Positions 25,247-39,875 of a stretch of 64,000 bases of DNA are shown here, one piece after another. This DNA comes from Mobula hypostoma. Taxonomy: Eukaryota. The DNA lies in NCBI RefSeq assembly GCF_963921235.1, contig NC_086108.1, positions 110,610,001-110,674,000 of the forward strand. Reading direction: 5' to 3'. Position 1 is the stretch's first letter. The number at the start of each line of letters is the position of its first letter. A program made the position numbers and the translations under genes. A model generated the notes under the pieces. It was not told the DNA's origin. It made no database searches and saw only the letters and a list, made by a program, of their open reading frames with translations.

Positions 25247-27577
25247 TAGGGGTGGCGAACCTTTGGCACACCATGTGCAGTGCAGCACTCCGTTCTTTAA
25301 ACCATACCCTTAATACAAGGATAGCTAACGATTATACTTTACTTTAAAATGAAGCAGCCACTGATTTTTTACAACCCGAGAGCAGTGAGATGCTTTCACA
25401 GGAAATGTCTCGCGCAGGTTTGGCGCCAACGTCGGTGTTGGATGATACATTTTGTAATCCTCGCAGTCCTCACGATTGGGTTTAATACCAACGGCATATA
25501 TTGTGAAATTTGTTGGTGTGTGGCAGCGGTACATTGCAATGCATAATAATAAAAATTGTGAACTACAGGAAGACATGTATGTGTGAATTAAATCAGTAGT
25601 GCAAAACAAGTAGTGGTGTGGTGTTCATGGGTTCAGTGTCCATTCAGAAATCTGATGGCGGAGGGCAAGAAGCTGTTCCTGAATCACTGAGTGCGTGTCT
25701 TCAGGCTCCTGTACCTCCTCCCTGATGGTAGCAATAAGAAGAGAGCTTGTCTTGGGTGATGGGGGTCCTTAATGGTGAATGACATCAGTATTTTTTTTTA
25801 GATTATGAAGACACGTAGTCCTCTTTTATTGTCATTTAGTAAAGCATGCATTAAGAAATGATACATTATCTCCTCCGGTGTGATATCACAAAACACAGGA
25901 CAGACCAAGACTGAAAAAACTGACAAAACCACATAATTATAACATATAGTTACAACAGTGCACAATACCATAACTTGATGAAGAAGTCCATGAGCACAGT
26001 AAAGTTCAAAGTTTCTCAAATGTCCCACATCTCACGCAGATGGGAGAAGGAAGAAAAACTCTCCCTGCCATGCCGACCACAATCCGACTCTGAGTCATCT
26101 GAAAACTTCAAGCTCTGATCAGCTCTCCGACACCGAGTACTGAGCGCCATCTCTGTCCGAGCGATTCGACCTCTTTCTCGGTCGCCAAAAGCAGGCAAAG
26201 CCGGGGATTTTGAGGCCTACCCTCCGAAAGATTCCCGACCACACAGTAACGACAGCAGCGGACGGCCGTTTCAGAAATTTCTCCAGATGTTCCTCTGTGC
26301 TTTCACGTCCATTCTCCGTCAAATCAGAATTGTCCACGGCCCCTATTTAACAGATATGACATCATTTTTCACCGGAGGGGTGCGCATGCACGGCGTCCTG
26401 CCATCTTCTCCTCCCACCTTTTTGGATAGTAAATGTTACAATAACAATACAATTTAGAAATTATATTAATCTTTTAAAAAGACAATTGAAAAATAACATT
26501 AATAATTTTTGAACAGGGTTTGTAAAATGCTTCAGTTGTTTCAGTCTGTCTCTGTAATACCTCTGTTGGCAGTCCGTCGTATCCGATGCTGACGGGAAAC
26601 CTGTGCAGGACAGTGGAAAAGTCAGTGTTCTGGGACAGTTCCACTCGCCATCTCAGAAGTCCAGCTCCAGTGGTACGAGTAGTCGTCACAAACTGAAACT
26701 GGGGTCTCCTTTGGCTGTAGTGGATGACAGTGACTTCGGTTATACCTCCTCATGCCCTTCTTTCTCCATGAAGCATGGCAGAACCACCTTCCTGGCTGTT
26801 GGATCTCACTGTGGATCCCACCCGCCCTGCCAGACTTCACCTGCTAGAACAGGAATGTCCCCGTCTCACCGGGGTACGTGGTCACCCTCACCAGGAACGT
26901 CCCTTTCTCACTTCTGTCACAGTGTGCTCTTGGAGGACTGAACCCAAGTGCGGAGGACTGGCAGGCTTTCTCTGTCACAGGGGTTGCCGGCACCGACCCA
27001 GCCCAGGAGACGCAGACGGCAGGCTCGCGGCTCGACCCAGGAGTGGAGGAAAGGCAGGAACTCCTTAGAGAGACAGAAACAAGAGGTTAGACATGGGAAT
27101 ACCAACAGAGCCTCGGAGGAGCTACTGAGTGACACCGGAAGGCAAATCATTCTCTCCAACACAATGACTGTGCTGAGGAGCTGAATGAGAGTCCTCTTCA
27201 GATAATCACAGAATGCGGGAAACATGTGTCAGTCGCAAGTAACTTGACAAGATTAAACCGAAAGCACAAGGGCTTAATGGCAGTAGTTAAGATAATGATT
27301 AGTAAATATAGGTGCTCAAGAGCCCGAGAAGCTTGATGCACAACAACAGGCTGCAGAAGCCGCAGGGTTTATAACACTTTTATTAATAGTAAAACGATGA
27401 ATACCCATAAATATGCAACAGGGATCACCCTTTCTCCTTAAAAAAGTACAAAATTATTGTTACTATTTCATTAATCAATGATAACCCCTGCTCAAAATTA
27501 CCATGGCATGCAAGAGAGTTTTTCAGACAATTACCATTGATTTGGGCACACACTCTCAATAAGGTTCGAAACCCCTG
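25247..27577. mobile_element. Possible old hAT-type MITE stretched by nested insertions
   Basis: Ends TAGGGGTGGCGAACCTT and AAGGTTCGAAACCCCTG are imperfect inverted repeats. No clean 8-bp TSD. Confidence 0.35.
26915..27376 (-). mobile_element. Possible solo LTR
   Basis: TGT...ACA ends; flanks CTTC and CTTT form a near-TSD with one mismatch. Confidence 0.4.
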
Positions 27578-27584
27578 GCATAGG

Positions 27585-28290
27585 GTAAGACCATAAGACA
27601 AAGGAGCAGAAGTAGGCCATTTGGCCCATCAAGTCTGATCCATTCTCCTATTTAGTCCCACTCCCCCGCCTTATCACCATAACCTTTGATGCCCTGGCTA
27701 CTCAGATACCTATCAATCTCTGCCTTAAATACACCCAATGACTTGGCCTCCACTGCTGCCCGTGGCAACAAATTCCATAGATTCACCACCCTCTGGCTAA
27801 AAAAATTTCTTTGCAGTTCTGTTCTGAATGGGGGCCCTTCAATCCTTCAGTCATGCCCTCTCGTACTGGACTCCCCCATCATGGGAAACAACTTTGCCAT
27901 ATCCACTCTGTCCATACCTTTTAACATTCAAAATGTTTCTATGAGGTCTCCCCTCATTCTTCTAAACTCCAAGGAATACAGTTCAAGAGCGGACAAACGT
28001 TCCTCATATGTTAACCCTCTCATTCCCGGAATCATTCTAGTGAATCTTCTCTGTACCCTCTCCAACGTCAGCACATCCTTTCTTAAATAAGGAGACCAAA
28101 ACTGCCCACAGTACTCCAAGTGAGGTCTCACCAGCGCCTTATAGAGCCTCAACATCACATCCCTGCTCCTATACTCTATTCCTCTAGAAATGAATGCCAA
28201 CATTGCATTCGCCTTCTTCACTACTGACTCAACCTGGAGGTTAACTTTAAGGGTATCCTGTACGAGGACTCCCAAGTCCCGTTGCATCTC
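27585..28290 (-). mobile_element. CR1 LINE 3' fragment
   Basis: ORF 27928..28287 is the CR1 RT C-terminus. Similar 3' fragments lie at about 1-425, 2785-3230, 4255-4635, 4770-5150, 16110-16920, 31180-32225, 55330-55690 and 58645-58905. Confidence 0.85.
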
Positions 28291-29917
28291 AAGGGCTTAA
28301 ATGGGACTTCAGGGAAAAGCTTTTCACATAGAAGGTGATGGGCACATGGAGGTGCTAAGGTCTCAGAGTCATAAAGCCAAACAGGCCCTTCGGCCCAACT
28401 AGTCCATGCTGACTATTGAATGCATCCCTAGCACAAGAAGACAAACTCTTGACCTCATAATCTACTTGTATGTTCTTGCACCTTATTGTTTACCTACACT
28501 GCACTTTCTCTATAGCTGTTTCACTTTATTCTGCATCACTATTGTTTTACCTTGTTCTACTGTGTAACTATCTGATCTGTATGAACAGTTTGCAAGACAA
28601 GCTTTTCACTCTATCTCAGGACACGTGACAAAAATGAACCAAATCCAATACCAGACATATCCCAAGCTCGTCCCACTTGCCTACATTTGGCCTATAATTC
28701 TCTTAACCTTTCAAGAAGGAAAGTTGTAAAAAGAGGAAGTGGGAGAGGGCAGATAGAATTGAAGTTCAAAGTTCATAGTAAATTTATTATCAAAACATAT
28801 CTATGTCTCGATATACAACCCTGAGATTCATTTTCTTGTGGGCAATCACAGTAAAAAGAAGAAACACAATAGAATTAATGAAAGACCACACCTAATATGA
28901 CAGACATCCAATATGCAAAAAACAACTGTGCAAATTCAAAACGGAGATTTAAAAAAAATAAATTAATGAGCAATAAATTTCTACCAATTACATGAGGTGA
29001 AGTGTCCATAGGTTGTGGGAACAGTTCAGTGGTGGGGTGAGTGAAGTTATCCCATCTGGTTCAAGAGCCAGGGGTAATAACTGTTCCTGAACCTAGTGGT
29101 TTGGGACCTGAGGCTCCTGTACCTTCTTCCTGATGGCAGCAGCGAGAAGAAAGCATGGCCCAGATGGTTCTTGATGATGGATGCTGCTTTCCTGCAACAA
29201 CACATATTGTAGATGTGCTCAGTGTTGGGGAGGGCTTTACTGTGATGGGCTGGGCCATATCCGCTACTGTTTGCAAACATTCCTGTACAAGGATATTGGT
29301 GTTTCCATACCAGGCCATGATGTAAACAATCGTAAACTCTCCATCAGACGCCTATAGAAGTTTGTCAAAGTTTTAGATGTCATGCTGAGTCTATGCAAAC
29401 ACCTTAGAAAGGAGAAGCACTGCCAAGCTTTCTTTATAATGACATTTGAAAGACTGTTGGACAAGGACAGGGACAGGAAGAAAATGCAAATAAATGGGAT
29501 CAGCTCAGGAAGATACACTTTAGCCCCGTAGTACTTCCATCTATTGACTTCCTGCTTCTCACCCTGTTTCCGCTCTCTCCCTTCTGCACAGGACCACCTA
29601 TCACCTGCCATATTTTGTCCCATACCCTTCCCCTACCTGTTTATATACGGAAGGTACCAGTAAAGGATCTCACCCACCCTGCTCATGGACTGTTTCTCCT
29701 ACTCTCATCAGGGAGGAGGCTCACCAGGACCACCAGACTCAAAAACAGTTACTTTGCCCAAGCAGTGAGGCTGATCAACACCTCCACCCACTAACCCACC
29801 CCTCCGCACCCCCGACCACCACTATTTTATTATTTCCTTTTAGAGTCACTTTCCGTACAGACACTCCTTGGCCTATCGTCACTTTATGGACATGCAAAGA
29901 TAGATAAATATACTCAC

Positions 29918-31180
29918 ACAACACACATCAAAGTTGCTGGTAAACGCAGCAGGCCAGGCAGCATCTCTAGGAAGAGGTACAGTCGACGTTTCAGGCCGAG
30001 ACCCTTCGTCAGGACTAACTGAAGGAAGAGTGAGTAAGAGATTTGAAAGTGGGAGGGGAAGGGGGAGATCCAAAATGATAGGAGAAGACAGGAGGGGGAG
30101 GGATGGAGCCAAGAGCTGGACAGTTGATTGGCAAAAGGGATATGAGAGGATCATGGGACAGGAGGTCCGGGAAGAAAGACAAGGGGGGGGTGACCCAGAG
30201 GATGGGCAAGGGGTATAGTCAGAGGGACAGAGGGAGAAAAGGGAGAGTGAGAGAAAGAATGTGTGTATAGAAATAAATAACAGATGGGGTACGAGGGGGA
30301 GGTGGGGCATTAGCGGAAGTTAGAGAAGTCGATGTTCATGCCATCAGGTTGGAGGCTACCCAGTTGGAATATAAGGTGTTGTTCCTCCAACCTGAGTGTG
30401 GCTTCATCTTTACAGTAGAGGAGGCCGTGGATAGACATGTCAGAATGGGAATGGGATGTGGAATTAAAATGTGTGGCCACTGGGAGATCCTGCTTTCTCT
30501 GGCGGACAGAGCGTAGGTGTTCAGCAAAGCGGTCTCCCAGTCTGCGTTGGGTCTCGCCAATATATAAAAGGCCACATCGGGAGCACCGGACGCAGTATAT
30601 CACCCCAGCCAACTCACAGGTGAAGTGTCGCCTCACCTGGAAGGACTTTTTGGGGCTCCGAATGGTGGTAAGGGAGGAAGTGTAAGGGCATGTGTAGCAC
30701 TTGTTCCGCTTACAGGGATAAGTGCCAGGAGGGAGATCAGTGGGGAGGGATGGGGGGGAGGAATGGACAAGGGAGTTGCGTAGGGAGCGATCCCTGTGGA
30801 AAGCGGGGGGGGGGGAAAGATGTGCTTAGTGGTGGGATCCCGTTGGAGGTGGCAGAAGTTATGGAGAATAATATGTTGGACCCGGAGGCTGGTGGTGTGG
30901 TAGGTGAAGACCAGGGGAACCCTATTCCTAGTGGGGTGGCGGGAGGATGGAGTGAGAGCAGATGTACGTGAAATGGGGGAGATACGTTTGGGAGCAGAGT
31001 TGATAGTGGAGGAAGGGAAGCCCCTTTCTTTAAAAAAGGAGGACATCTCCCTCGTCCTAGAATGAAAAGCCTCATCCTGAGAGCAGATGCGGCGGAGACG
31101 GAGGAATTGCGAGAAGGGGATGGTGTTTTTACAAGAGACAGGGTGAGAAGAGAAATAGTCCAGATAGCTGTGAGAGTCAG
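29918..31180 (-). mobile_element. Penelope-like element (RT C-terminal part, GIY-YIG, tail)
   Basis: ORFs 30633..31244 (SQFLRLRRICS) and 30310..30636 (GIY-YIG). Very similar to the copy at 14771-15577. Confidence 0.9.
29980..30017 (-). ncRNA. Minimal type I hammerhead ribozyme motif (Penelope-associated)
   Basis: Same intact core sequence as 14867-14904. Confidence 0.7.
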
Positions 31181-33019
31181 TAAATATACTCATTGACTTG
31201 CCTTCCATAATTATCTGTGGCAATGGATTCCATAGATTTATCACCCTCTGGCTAAAGAAATTCCTCCTTATCTCTATTATAAAGGAGCATCCTTGTATTC
31301 TGAGGTGTGCCCTCTGGTCTTAGATACTGCACTAAATGAAACATCCTCTCCACATCTACTCTATCTAGACCTTTCAATATTCAAGTTCAAGTTTAATTGT
31401 CATTCAACCATACATGAATACCCGTGAACACAGCCAATATTTAATAGGTTTCAATGAGATTCACCCCCCATTCTTCTAAACTCCAGTGAGTACAGGCCCA
31501 GAGCCATCAAACGCCCCTCATATGTTAACCCTTTCATTCTCAGGATCATTCTCATGAACCTCCTCTGGACCCTCTCCAATACCAGCATATCCTTTCTTAG
31601 ATAAGGGTCCTAAAGCTACTCACAAGACTCCAGATGTGGTCTGACCAACGCCTTATAAAGCCACACTATTACATCCCTGCTTTTGTATTTGAGCTCTCTT
31701 GAAATGAAGGCTAGCATTTGCTTTCCTTACCACCGATTCGACCTGCAAGTTAACCTTTCGGAAATCCCGCATGAGGACTCTCAAGTCCACTTGCACCTCC
31801 CATCGCTGAATTTTCTACTCATTCTGTCTATGCCTTTACTCAAAGTTTCCTTCAGATACATGAAGTGTAATAGAGAGGCGAGAGTGGATATCGGACTGCT
31901 GGAAAATGATGCTGGAGAGGCAGTAACGGGAGACAAGGAGATGGCAGAAGACCAGAATAGAAGGGTGTTCATTTAGAACAGAAGTGAGGAGGAACTTCTT
32001 TACCCTGAGGGTGAAATTCATTGCCACAGACAGCTGTGGAGGGCAAGTCACTGGGTATATTTAAAGCGGAGGTTAGTAGGCTCTTGATCAGTAAGAGAAT
32101 TAAAGGTTATAGGGAGAAGGCAGGAGAATGGGATTGAGAGGGATCGTAAATCAGCCATGGTGAAATAGTAGAGCAGACACGATGGGCTGAATGTCCTAAT
32201 TCTGTTCCTATATTTGTGGTCTTATGACCATGTCTCAACGTTCAGTGGGAGCCCGAGACTAGACAGCCCAGCTAGTCCATGATCAGGGGAAGTCACAGAG
32301 AAGTAATGTTAAAGCATTGAGTTACAGTAATGTCTATAGATACTTCTTTTACACCCACGCCAAATTAATAATCACACAGTCACAGCAACCAGCCTATAGA
32401 TAGATATTTAACCAGTTAAGTATCGTAGGGGATTTTATTTGTGTCTCTAGGGTAACGCTCATGTGTTCTTCTGCAAATGTTGTGAGGTTTTAAATTACTG
32501 TCAGCTTCCTTAATGTTTACCTTGTCATAAGATACCTCTCTCTGTCCACTCTCAGACCTGATCACAAAGAGCACTGCAACACAGAAACAGGCCCTTTGGC
32601 CCATCCAGTCTGTTATTCTGCCTCGTCCAATCGCTCTGCACCGGGACCATAGCCCTCCATACCCATCCCATCTCCGTATTTAACCAAGTTTCTCTTAAAT
32701 ATTGAAGTCAAACCCACACCTATCACTTTCACTGGCAGCTAGTTCCACACTTTCACCATCTTCTGAGTGAAGAACTTCCCCCTCATGTTCCCTTAAACAT
32801 TCCACCTTTCTCCCTTAACCCATGGCCTCTAGTTCTGGTCTCACCCAACCTCAGTGGAAAAAGCCTGCTTGCGTCCACCCTATCTATACCTCTCATAATT
32901 GTGTAAACCTCCGTCAATTCTCCCCTCAAGTCCCGGCAACATCTTTGTAAATTTTCTCTATAATTTTTCAATCTCATGATACCTTTCTGTATTGAACCTT
33001 GCACCTTATTGTCCCCCTG

Positions 33020-33545
33020 TACCGAGATGAGGCCTCCGTCAGTCAGGGTCGACCATGGATGTTGTGTCCTCTCTGTCTAGATACACAGGCGAGGGCAGTA
33101 CGATATGGAGAGCGAGCTGTTGCCCATGTAGCAAGCTCCCCTTCCCATGCATCCGATGAACTCAAAATAACAGTAGAAACTGATACAGTTTGGCACCAGC
33201 AGCATCGTGGGAGTTGACAGTCTGCATTGAACTCAATGTAGGGCTGCCTTAGGGACTCCAGCTTTTTCCCAAAGCCTTCCCCATGAGTGGGTATAGCCAC
33301 AAGGCAATGGAGGTTTAAGATCATAGTTTTCTTTCCCATTGATGAGCTGCCAACCAAGTCTGAGAAGCCCCATCTGCCCGACACAACCGGTTTTAAGGTG
33401 CCAGCAACCCGCTTTTGCCCCTTCTCCTGTCAGTAGCAATGGTTCCGCCAGGCTGAGTGACCAAACCATACGTGAATGCCAAGAGTTGGACTTGGTTGTC
33501 AGAGGCTATTTGAGGCGCACGCCATTGGGAGCATTTAATAGGTCA
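33020..33545 (-). mobile_element. Recurring short interspersed element (probably RTE-derived)
   Basis: Shares sequence with about 41880-42290 plus 42800-42900, 49950-50320 and 56400-56770 (GGTTGGCAGCTCATC...CTCCGCTGCC...GGTCGACCCTGA). Confidence 0.6.
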
Positions 33546-34709
33546 GTCAGTCAGTCAGTGGGTGCCGTCCCGAATCTGGGGTTGGCGGCTATGCACCTCC
33601 ATCTTCTTCGATCTTGCAACAGCTCCGAGTACAGCCTCCCCTCCAGTTTGTTCACACTGGTTTCATAGGTAGTGGGAGCTTAACCCCACCACTACCACCA
33701 GCTATGACAACCTTAAGGAACTGCATTTCACCCTCTGTTTTGCATCCAGTATCAAGGATCCCCTCTCCCCACCCCACCCCCATACAGGGCGTGCTCTCTT
33801 CTCACCGCTACCATCAAAACAGAGATACAGGACCCTTAGTTTACACACCACCAGGTTCAGGAACAGTTATAACTTCTCAACCATTAGGCTTCTAAACCAG
33901 AGGGGATAACGTCAATCACCTCAACACAGAACTGACTCTACAACTCAGGGATTCACTTTAAAGTTCTCTACAACTGACATTCTTGATATTTATTGCTTAT
34001 TGATAGATTGATTAACTGATTTATTGATTTTACTTTTGTATTTGCACAGTTTGTTGTCATTTGTCTATCCTGTTGTGTGTGGCCTTTCAATGATTCTATT
34101 GTGTTCCTTTGTATTTACCGTGAATGCCGGCAAGAAAATGAATCTCAAGGTTATATATGGTGACATAGATGCATCTTGCTTTGAAATTGATTTTATTCCT
34201 TTGTCCCGTTTCAGTACACTGATTGCTGATTTGATCCACCTGGATGAAACGCAGGACAAAGTTTTCCACTGGACTTTGTATAGGTGCACTTCCACTGTAC
34301 CTTGGTGAGAGTATGGAACAAGCTGCTGGTGGAAGTGGTGGATGTGGGTTTGATTTCAACATTTAAGAGAAGTTTGGATAAGTACACGGAGGGGAAGGGT
34401 ATGGGGGGGGCTGCAGTCTGGGTGCGGGTTGATAGGAGTAGACGGAATAATAGCTTGGCATGGACTAGAGGGGCTGAAGGGCCTGTTTCTGCTGTAGTGA
34501 TCTATGACTCTATATGACAATAATCAACTAATTTATAATGCACATCGGATGCTGCCTGACCTGCGGACTTTTCCTGGCACCTTTCTGTTGTGCAGCCAAT
34601 TCATTTCACACTTTCCCTCAGACTCATCTCCTCTGTGGGGCAGTGAATCTGGACTTTAGCCACCTCACAGGCAGGGAGTATTCGAATATTTCTCAAATTT
34701 CCGAAGTTC

Positions 34710-36255
34710 AAAGATGTACCCCAGGCTACTGTGGGAGGCGAGGGAGGAGATTGCTGAGCCTCTGGCAATGATCTTTGCATCATCAATGGGGACGGGAGAG
34801 GTTCCAGACGATTAGAGGGTTGCAAATGTTGTTCCCTTATTCAAGAGAAGAAGTAGCGATAGCTCAGGAAATTATAGACCAGTGAGTCTTACTTCAGTGG
34901 TTGGTAAGTTGATGGAAAAGATCTTGAGAGGCAGGATTTATGAACATTTGGAGAGGTATAATATGATTAGGAATAGTCAGCATGGCTTTGTCAAAGGCAG
35001 GTCGTGTCTTACGAGCCTGATTGAATTTTTCAAGGATGTGACTAACCACGTTGATGAAGGTAGAGCAGTAGGTGTGGTGTGTATAGATTTCAGCAAGGCA
35101 TTTGATAAGGTACCCCATGCAAGGGTTATTGAGAAAGTAAGGAGGCATGGGATTCATGGGGACCTTGCTTTATGGATCCAGAATTGGTTTGCCCACAGAG
35201 GGCAAAGAGTGGTTGTGAACTAGTCACATTCTGCATGGAGGTGGGTGACCAGTGGTGTGCCTCAGGGATCTATTCTGTGACCCCCTTCTCTTTGTGATTT
35301 TTATAAATGACCTGGATGAGGAAGTGGAGGGATGGGTTAGTAAATTTGTTGCTGACACAAAGGTTGGGGGTGTTGTGGATAGTGTAGAGGGCTGTCAGAG
35401 GTTACAGCGGGACATTGATAGGATGCAAAACTGGGCTGAGAAGTGGCAGATGGAGTTCAACCCAGATAAGTGTGAGGTGGTTCATTTTGGTAGGTCAAAT
35501 ATGATGGCAGAATAAAGTATTAATAGTAAGACTCTTGGCAGTGTGGAGGATCAGAAGGATCTTGGGGTCCGAGTCCATAGGACACTCAAAGCTGATGCGC
35601 AGGTTGACTCTGTGGTTAAGAAGGCATACGGTGCATTGGCCTTCATCAATCATGGGATTGAGTTTAAGAGCCCAGAGGTAACGTTACAGCTGTATAGGAC
35701 CCTGGTCAGACCCCACTTGGAGTACTGTGCTCATTTCTGGTTGCCTCACTACAGGAAGGATGTGGAAACCATAGAAAGGGTGCAGAGGAGATTTACAAGG
35801 ATGTTGCCTGGATTAGGGAGCATGCCTTACGAGAATAGGTTGAATGAACTCTGCGTTTTTTTCTTGAAGCGACGGAGGATGAGAGGTGACCTGATAGAGG
35901 CGGATAAGATAATGAGAGGGATTGATTGTGTGGATAGTCAGAGGCTCTTTCCCAGGGCTGAAATGGCTAGCATGAGGGGGCACAGTTTTACGGTGCTTGG
36001 AAGTAGGTACAGAGGAGATGTCAGGGGTAAGTTTTTTACTCAGAGAGTAGTGAGCGCGTGGAATGGGCTGCCGGCAATGGTGGTGGAGGCGGATATGATA
36101 AGGTCTTTTAAGAGACACCTGGACAGGTGCATCGAGCTTAGAAAAATAGAGGGCTATGGGTAACCCTAGATAATTTCTCAAATAAGTACATGTTTGGCAC
36201 AGCATTGTGGGCCGAAGGGCCTGTATTGTGCTGTAGGTTTTCAATGTTTCTATGT
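34710..36255 (+). mobile_element. CR1 LINE RT fragment
   Basis: ORFs 34882..35223, 35252..35515 and 35543..36163 are consecutive pieces of CR1 ORF2, followed by a 3' UTR. Confidence 0.9.
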
Positions 36256-36899
36256 TTCAACGTCTGTTTATTATCTAAGTACATATATGTCACCACCCTG
36301 AGATTCATTTTCTTACAGTCATTCACAGCAGAGCGAAGAAATACAATAGAATCAATGAAAAGCTACACACCAAGTCTGATAAATAACCAATGTGCAAAAG
36401 AATACAAACTATAGATACAAAAAAAAGAATAAATAAATAAGAGAACATGAGATCAAGAGTCCTTGAAAGTGAGTCTGTAGGTCGTAGAATCGGTCCAGAG
36501 TTGTGGTGAGTGAAGTTATCCCTTCTGTTTCAAGAGCCTGATGGTTGAGGGGTAGTAACTGTTCCTAAACTCAGTGGTGTGGGTCCTGAGGTTCCTGTAC
36601 CTTCTTCCTGATAGCAGCGGTGAGAAGAGAGCATGGCCTGGATGGTGGGGCTCCTGTATAATGGGTGCTGTATTCTGTGAAGCTTTCCTTGTAGATATGC
36701 TCAGTGGTGGGGAGAGCTTTTCCTGTGTTGGATTGGGCTGTATCCACCACTTTTTTTAAAAGCTTTTGTGTTCTTGGAGGTTAGTTTTTCCATACCAGGC
36801 TGTGATACGACCAGTAAGGATACTCCGCACTGTGTGTCTATAACTGTGAACATTGTGGGCAGTTATGAGCTCTTTCCCTAAGAAGTAGAAGTAGAGCTA

Positions 36900-37304
36900 T
36901 TAGGACTTGATATTTCAGTCCCTATGGTAAGTCGGCACTCTCGATGTTGGCGGTGGGTTTGGAGTGGTGACAAGGAGGGAGGGTAGATACGTTATCGGGG
37001 TCATCAGGTGGGCACCCTCCTTCTTTGACATTTCGTTGATAAGCCCACGACGTCTCCAGAGGGCTCAACGGTGCTACCTGGCATCCCAGATACACCCCCC
37101 TCAGTCCCATACCCTCCTGTCTTCATCTTGCAGCCCAGTTGTTGTCTTTCCTTTTACTCCAAATCCAATTGCTGCTTTCTTCTGCTGTATTTGACAAGGA
37201 CTTGATTGCTTGCTGGAGGGAGTGACCCTTCACCCCCATCTTCTTCAATAGACTGGTCGTAGATGTAGCAACGAATCCCCTGCATCCCACTTCTACAGGG
37301 AAAA
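36900..37304 (-). mobile_element. HERO-like non-LTR retrotransposon (restriction-like endonuclease type), 3' end
   Basis: 37302 to 37123 translates as FPVEVGCRGFVATSTTSLLKKMGVKGHSLQQAIKSLSNTAEESSNWIWSKRKDNNWAAR*, followed by a 3' UTR. Confidence 0.75.
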
Positions 37305-37439
37305 GTCAGAGGAGGTTCGTGAGAATAATTCCAGGAATTAAAGGGTTAACTTATGCAGACTCTTTGATGCCTCTGGGCTAGTTCTTGCTGGTCTTTAGAA
37401 GGCTGGGGGGGATCTCATTGAAATAATGTTACGATATGT

Positions 37440-39875
37440 TACGATTGATGTGGGAGATTTTAATATGCAGGTAGAGTGGGATAATTAGGTTCATGCTGGA
37501 TCCCTAGAGAGACAATTTGTAGCATGCCTTTGAGGTGTCTTTTTAGAGCAGCTTGTGGCTAAGCCCACTGGGGATCAGCTATTCTGGACTGGATGTTGTG
37601 CAATGAACTAGATTTGATGAGGGAGCTTAAAGTAAAAGAATGCTTAGGAGGCAGTTATCATAGTATGATAGAATTCACCCTGCAGCTTAAGAGGGGGAAG
37701 CTAAAGTGAAATGTATCAGTATTGCATGAGTGAGGAGTTGGCTGAAATGGATTAGTAGGGGAGACTGGAAGGGACGAGGGTAGAGCAGCAATGGCTGGAG
37801 TTTCTGGGAGTAATTTGAAAGGCCCAGGATAGGTGTATCCCAAAGAAAAAGAAGAATTCTAAAAGCAGGATGACACAACCGTGGCTGACAAGGGAAGTCA
37901 AAGCAAACATTAAACCCTGAAGCAGTAGAGGGAATATAATAGAGCAAAATTCAGTGGGAAGTGAGAGGATTGGGAATCTTTCAACAACCAACAGAAAATA
38001 ACTAAAAAAGCCATAAGGAGGGAAAATATGAAATGTGAAGGTAAGCTAGCCAATAATCTCAAAGAAGATACCAAAATTTTTTTCAGATATGTAAAGTGTA
38101 AAAGAGAGTTGAGAGTAGATATCAGACTGCTGGAAAATGATACTGGAGAGGTAGTAATGGGGACAAAGAAATGGCAGATGAACTGAATAAGTATTTTGCA
38201 TCAGTCTTCATGGTGGATGACAGAAGCAGTGTGCCGCAAGTTCAGGGTGGAGGGGGAGTTGTGGAGCAGAAGTGAGTGAAGTTGCCTTCACTAGGGAGAA
38301 GGTAGTTAGGAAGCGGAAAGGTCTGAAGGTAGGTAGGCTACCTGGACTAGATGGACTGCACCTGAGGGTTCTGAAAGTGGTAGCTGAAGAGATTGTGGAG
38401 GCATCAGTAATGATCTTTCAAGAATCAATAGATTCAGGCATTGTTCTTGAGGACTCAAAAATTGCAAATGTCTCTCCACTCTTCAACAGGGAGAGAGGCA
38501 GGAGAAAGGAAACTACAGGCCAGTTAGTCTGACCTCAGTGGTTGGGAAGATGTTGGAGTCAGTTGATAAGGATGTGGTTTGGGGTACTCAGAGGCAATGA
38601 TAAAACAGGCCATCATCAGCATGGTTCCCTCAAGGGAAAATCTTACCTGACAAATCTGTTGGAAATCTTTGAAGAATTAACAAGTACTTCAGACAAAGGA
38701 GAATCGGTCAATGTTGTGTACTTGGATTTTCAGAAGGCCTTTGACAAGGTGCCACACATGAGGCTGTTTAACAAAATAAGAGCCCATAGTATTTCAGGAG
38801 AGATAAGATTACAAGAGCAGTGGCTGATTGGCAAGGAGGCAAAGAGTGGGAATAAAAGGGGTCTATTCTGCTTGGCTGCTGGTAACAAGTGGTGTTCCTC
38901 AGGGGTCGGCATTGGGACCGCGTCTTTTCATGTTATGCGTCAGTAGTTTGGATGATGGAATTGATGGCTTTATGGCTAAGGTTTTGGATGATACAAAGAT
39001 AGGTGGAGGGGCAGTTGTGTTGGGGAAGCAGGGATGTTGCAGAATCATCTGAGCAAAGAGGTAGGAAATGGAATATAGTGCAGGGAAGTGTATGGTCATG
39101 TACCTTGGTAGAAGGAATAAAAGCATAGACTATTTTCTAAACAGGGAGAAAATTCAAAACTCAGAGGTGCAAAGGGACTTGGGAGTCCATTCCCTAAAGG
39201 TTAACTTGAAGGTTGAGTCAGTTGCGAGGAAGGCGAATACAATGTTGGAATTAATTTTGAGAGAACCAGAATATAAAAGCAAGGATATAATGCTGAAGCT
39301 TTATAAAGCACTGTTGAAGACTCACTTGGAGTATTGTGAGCAGTTCTGGACCCTTATCTAAGAAAGGATGTGCTGACATTCGAGAGGGCTCAGAGGAGGT
39401 TCAAAAGAATGATTCTGGGAATGAAAGGGTTAACATATGAGGAGCATGGCTCTGGGTCTGTACTTGGTGGAATCTAGGAGAAAGTGGGGTGGGGGAATTC
39501 ACTGAAGCCTATTGAATGTTTAACAGCCAAGATGGAGTAGATGTGGAGAGGATGTTTCCTATAGTTGAGGAGTCTAGGACCAGCGGACTCACCCTCAGAA
39601 TAGGGAAATCCATTTAGAACAGAGATGAGGAGGAATTTCTTTATCCAGAGGGTAGAGAATCCGTGGAATTCATTGTCACAGACTGCTATATTGGCCAAGT
39701 CATTGGGTATATTCAAAGTAAAGGTTGACAGATTCTTGATTAGCCACGGCTTCAAAGGTTACGGGAAGAAGTCAGGAGAGTGACGTTGAGAGGGATAATA
39801 AATCAATCATGATGGAATGGCAGTGTGGACTCGATGGGCCAATGCCTGATTCTGCTCAGGTGTCTTATGGTCCTA
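37440..39875 (+). mobile_element. Decayed CR1 LINE (endonuclease end through RT)
   Basis: GDFNM, YLDFQKAFDKVPH and DDTKIGG fragments in several broken frames. Confidence 0.85.
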
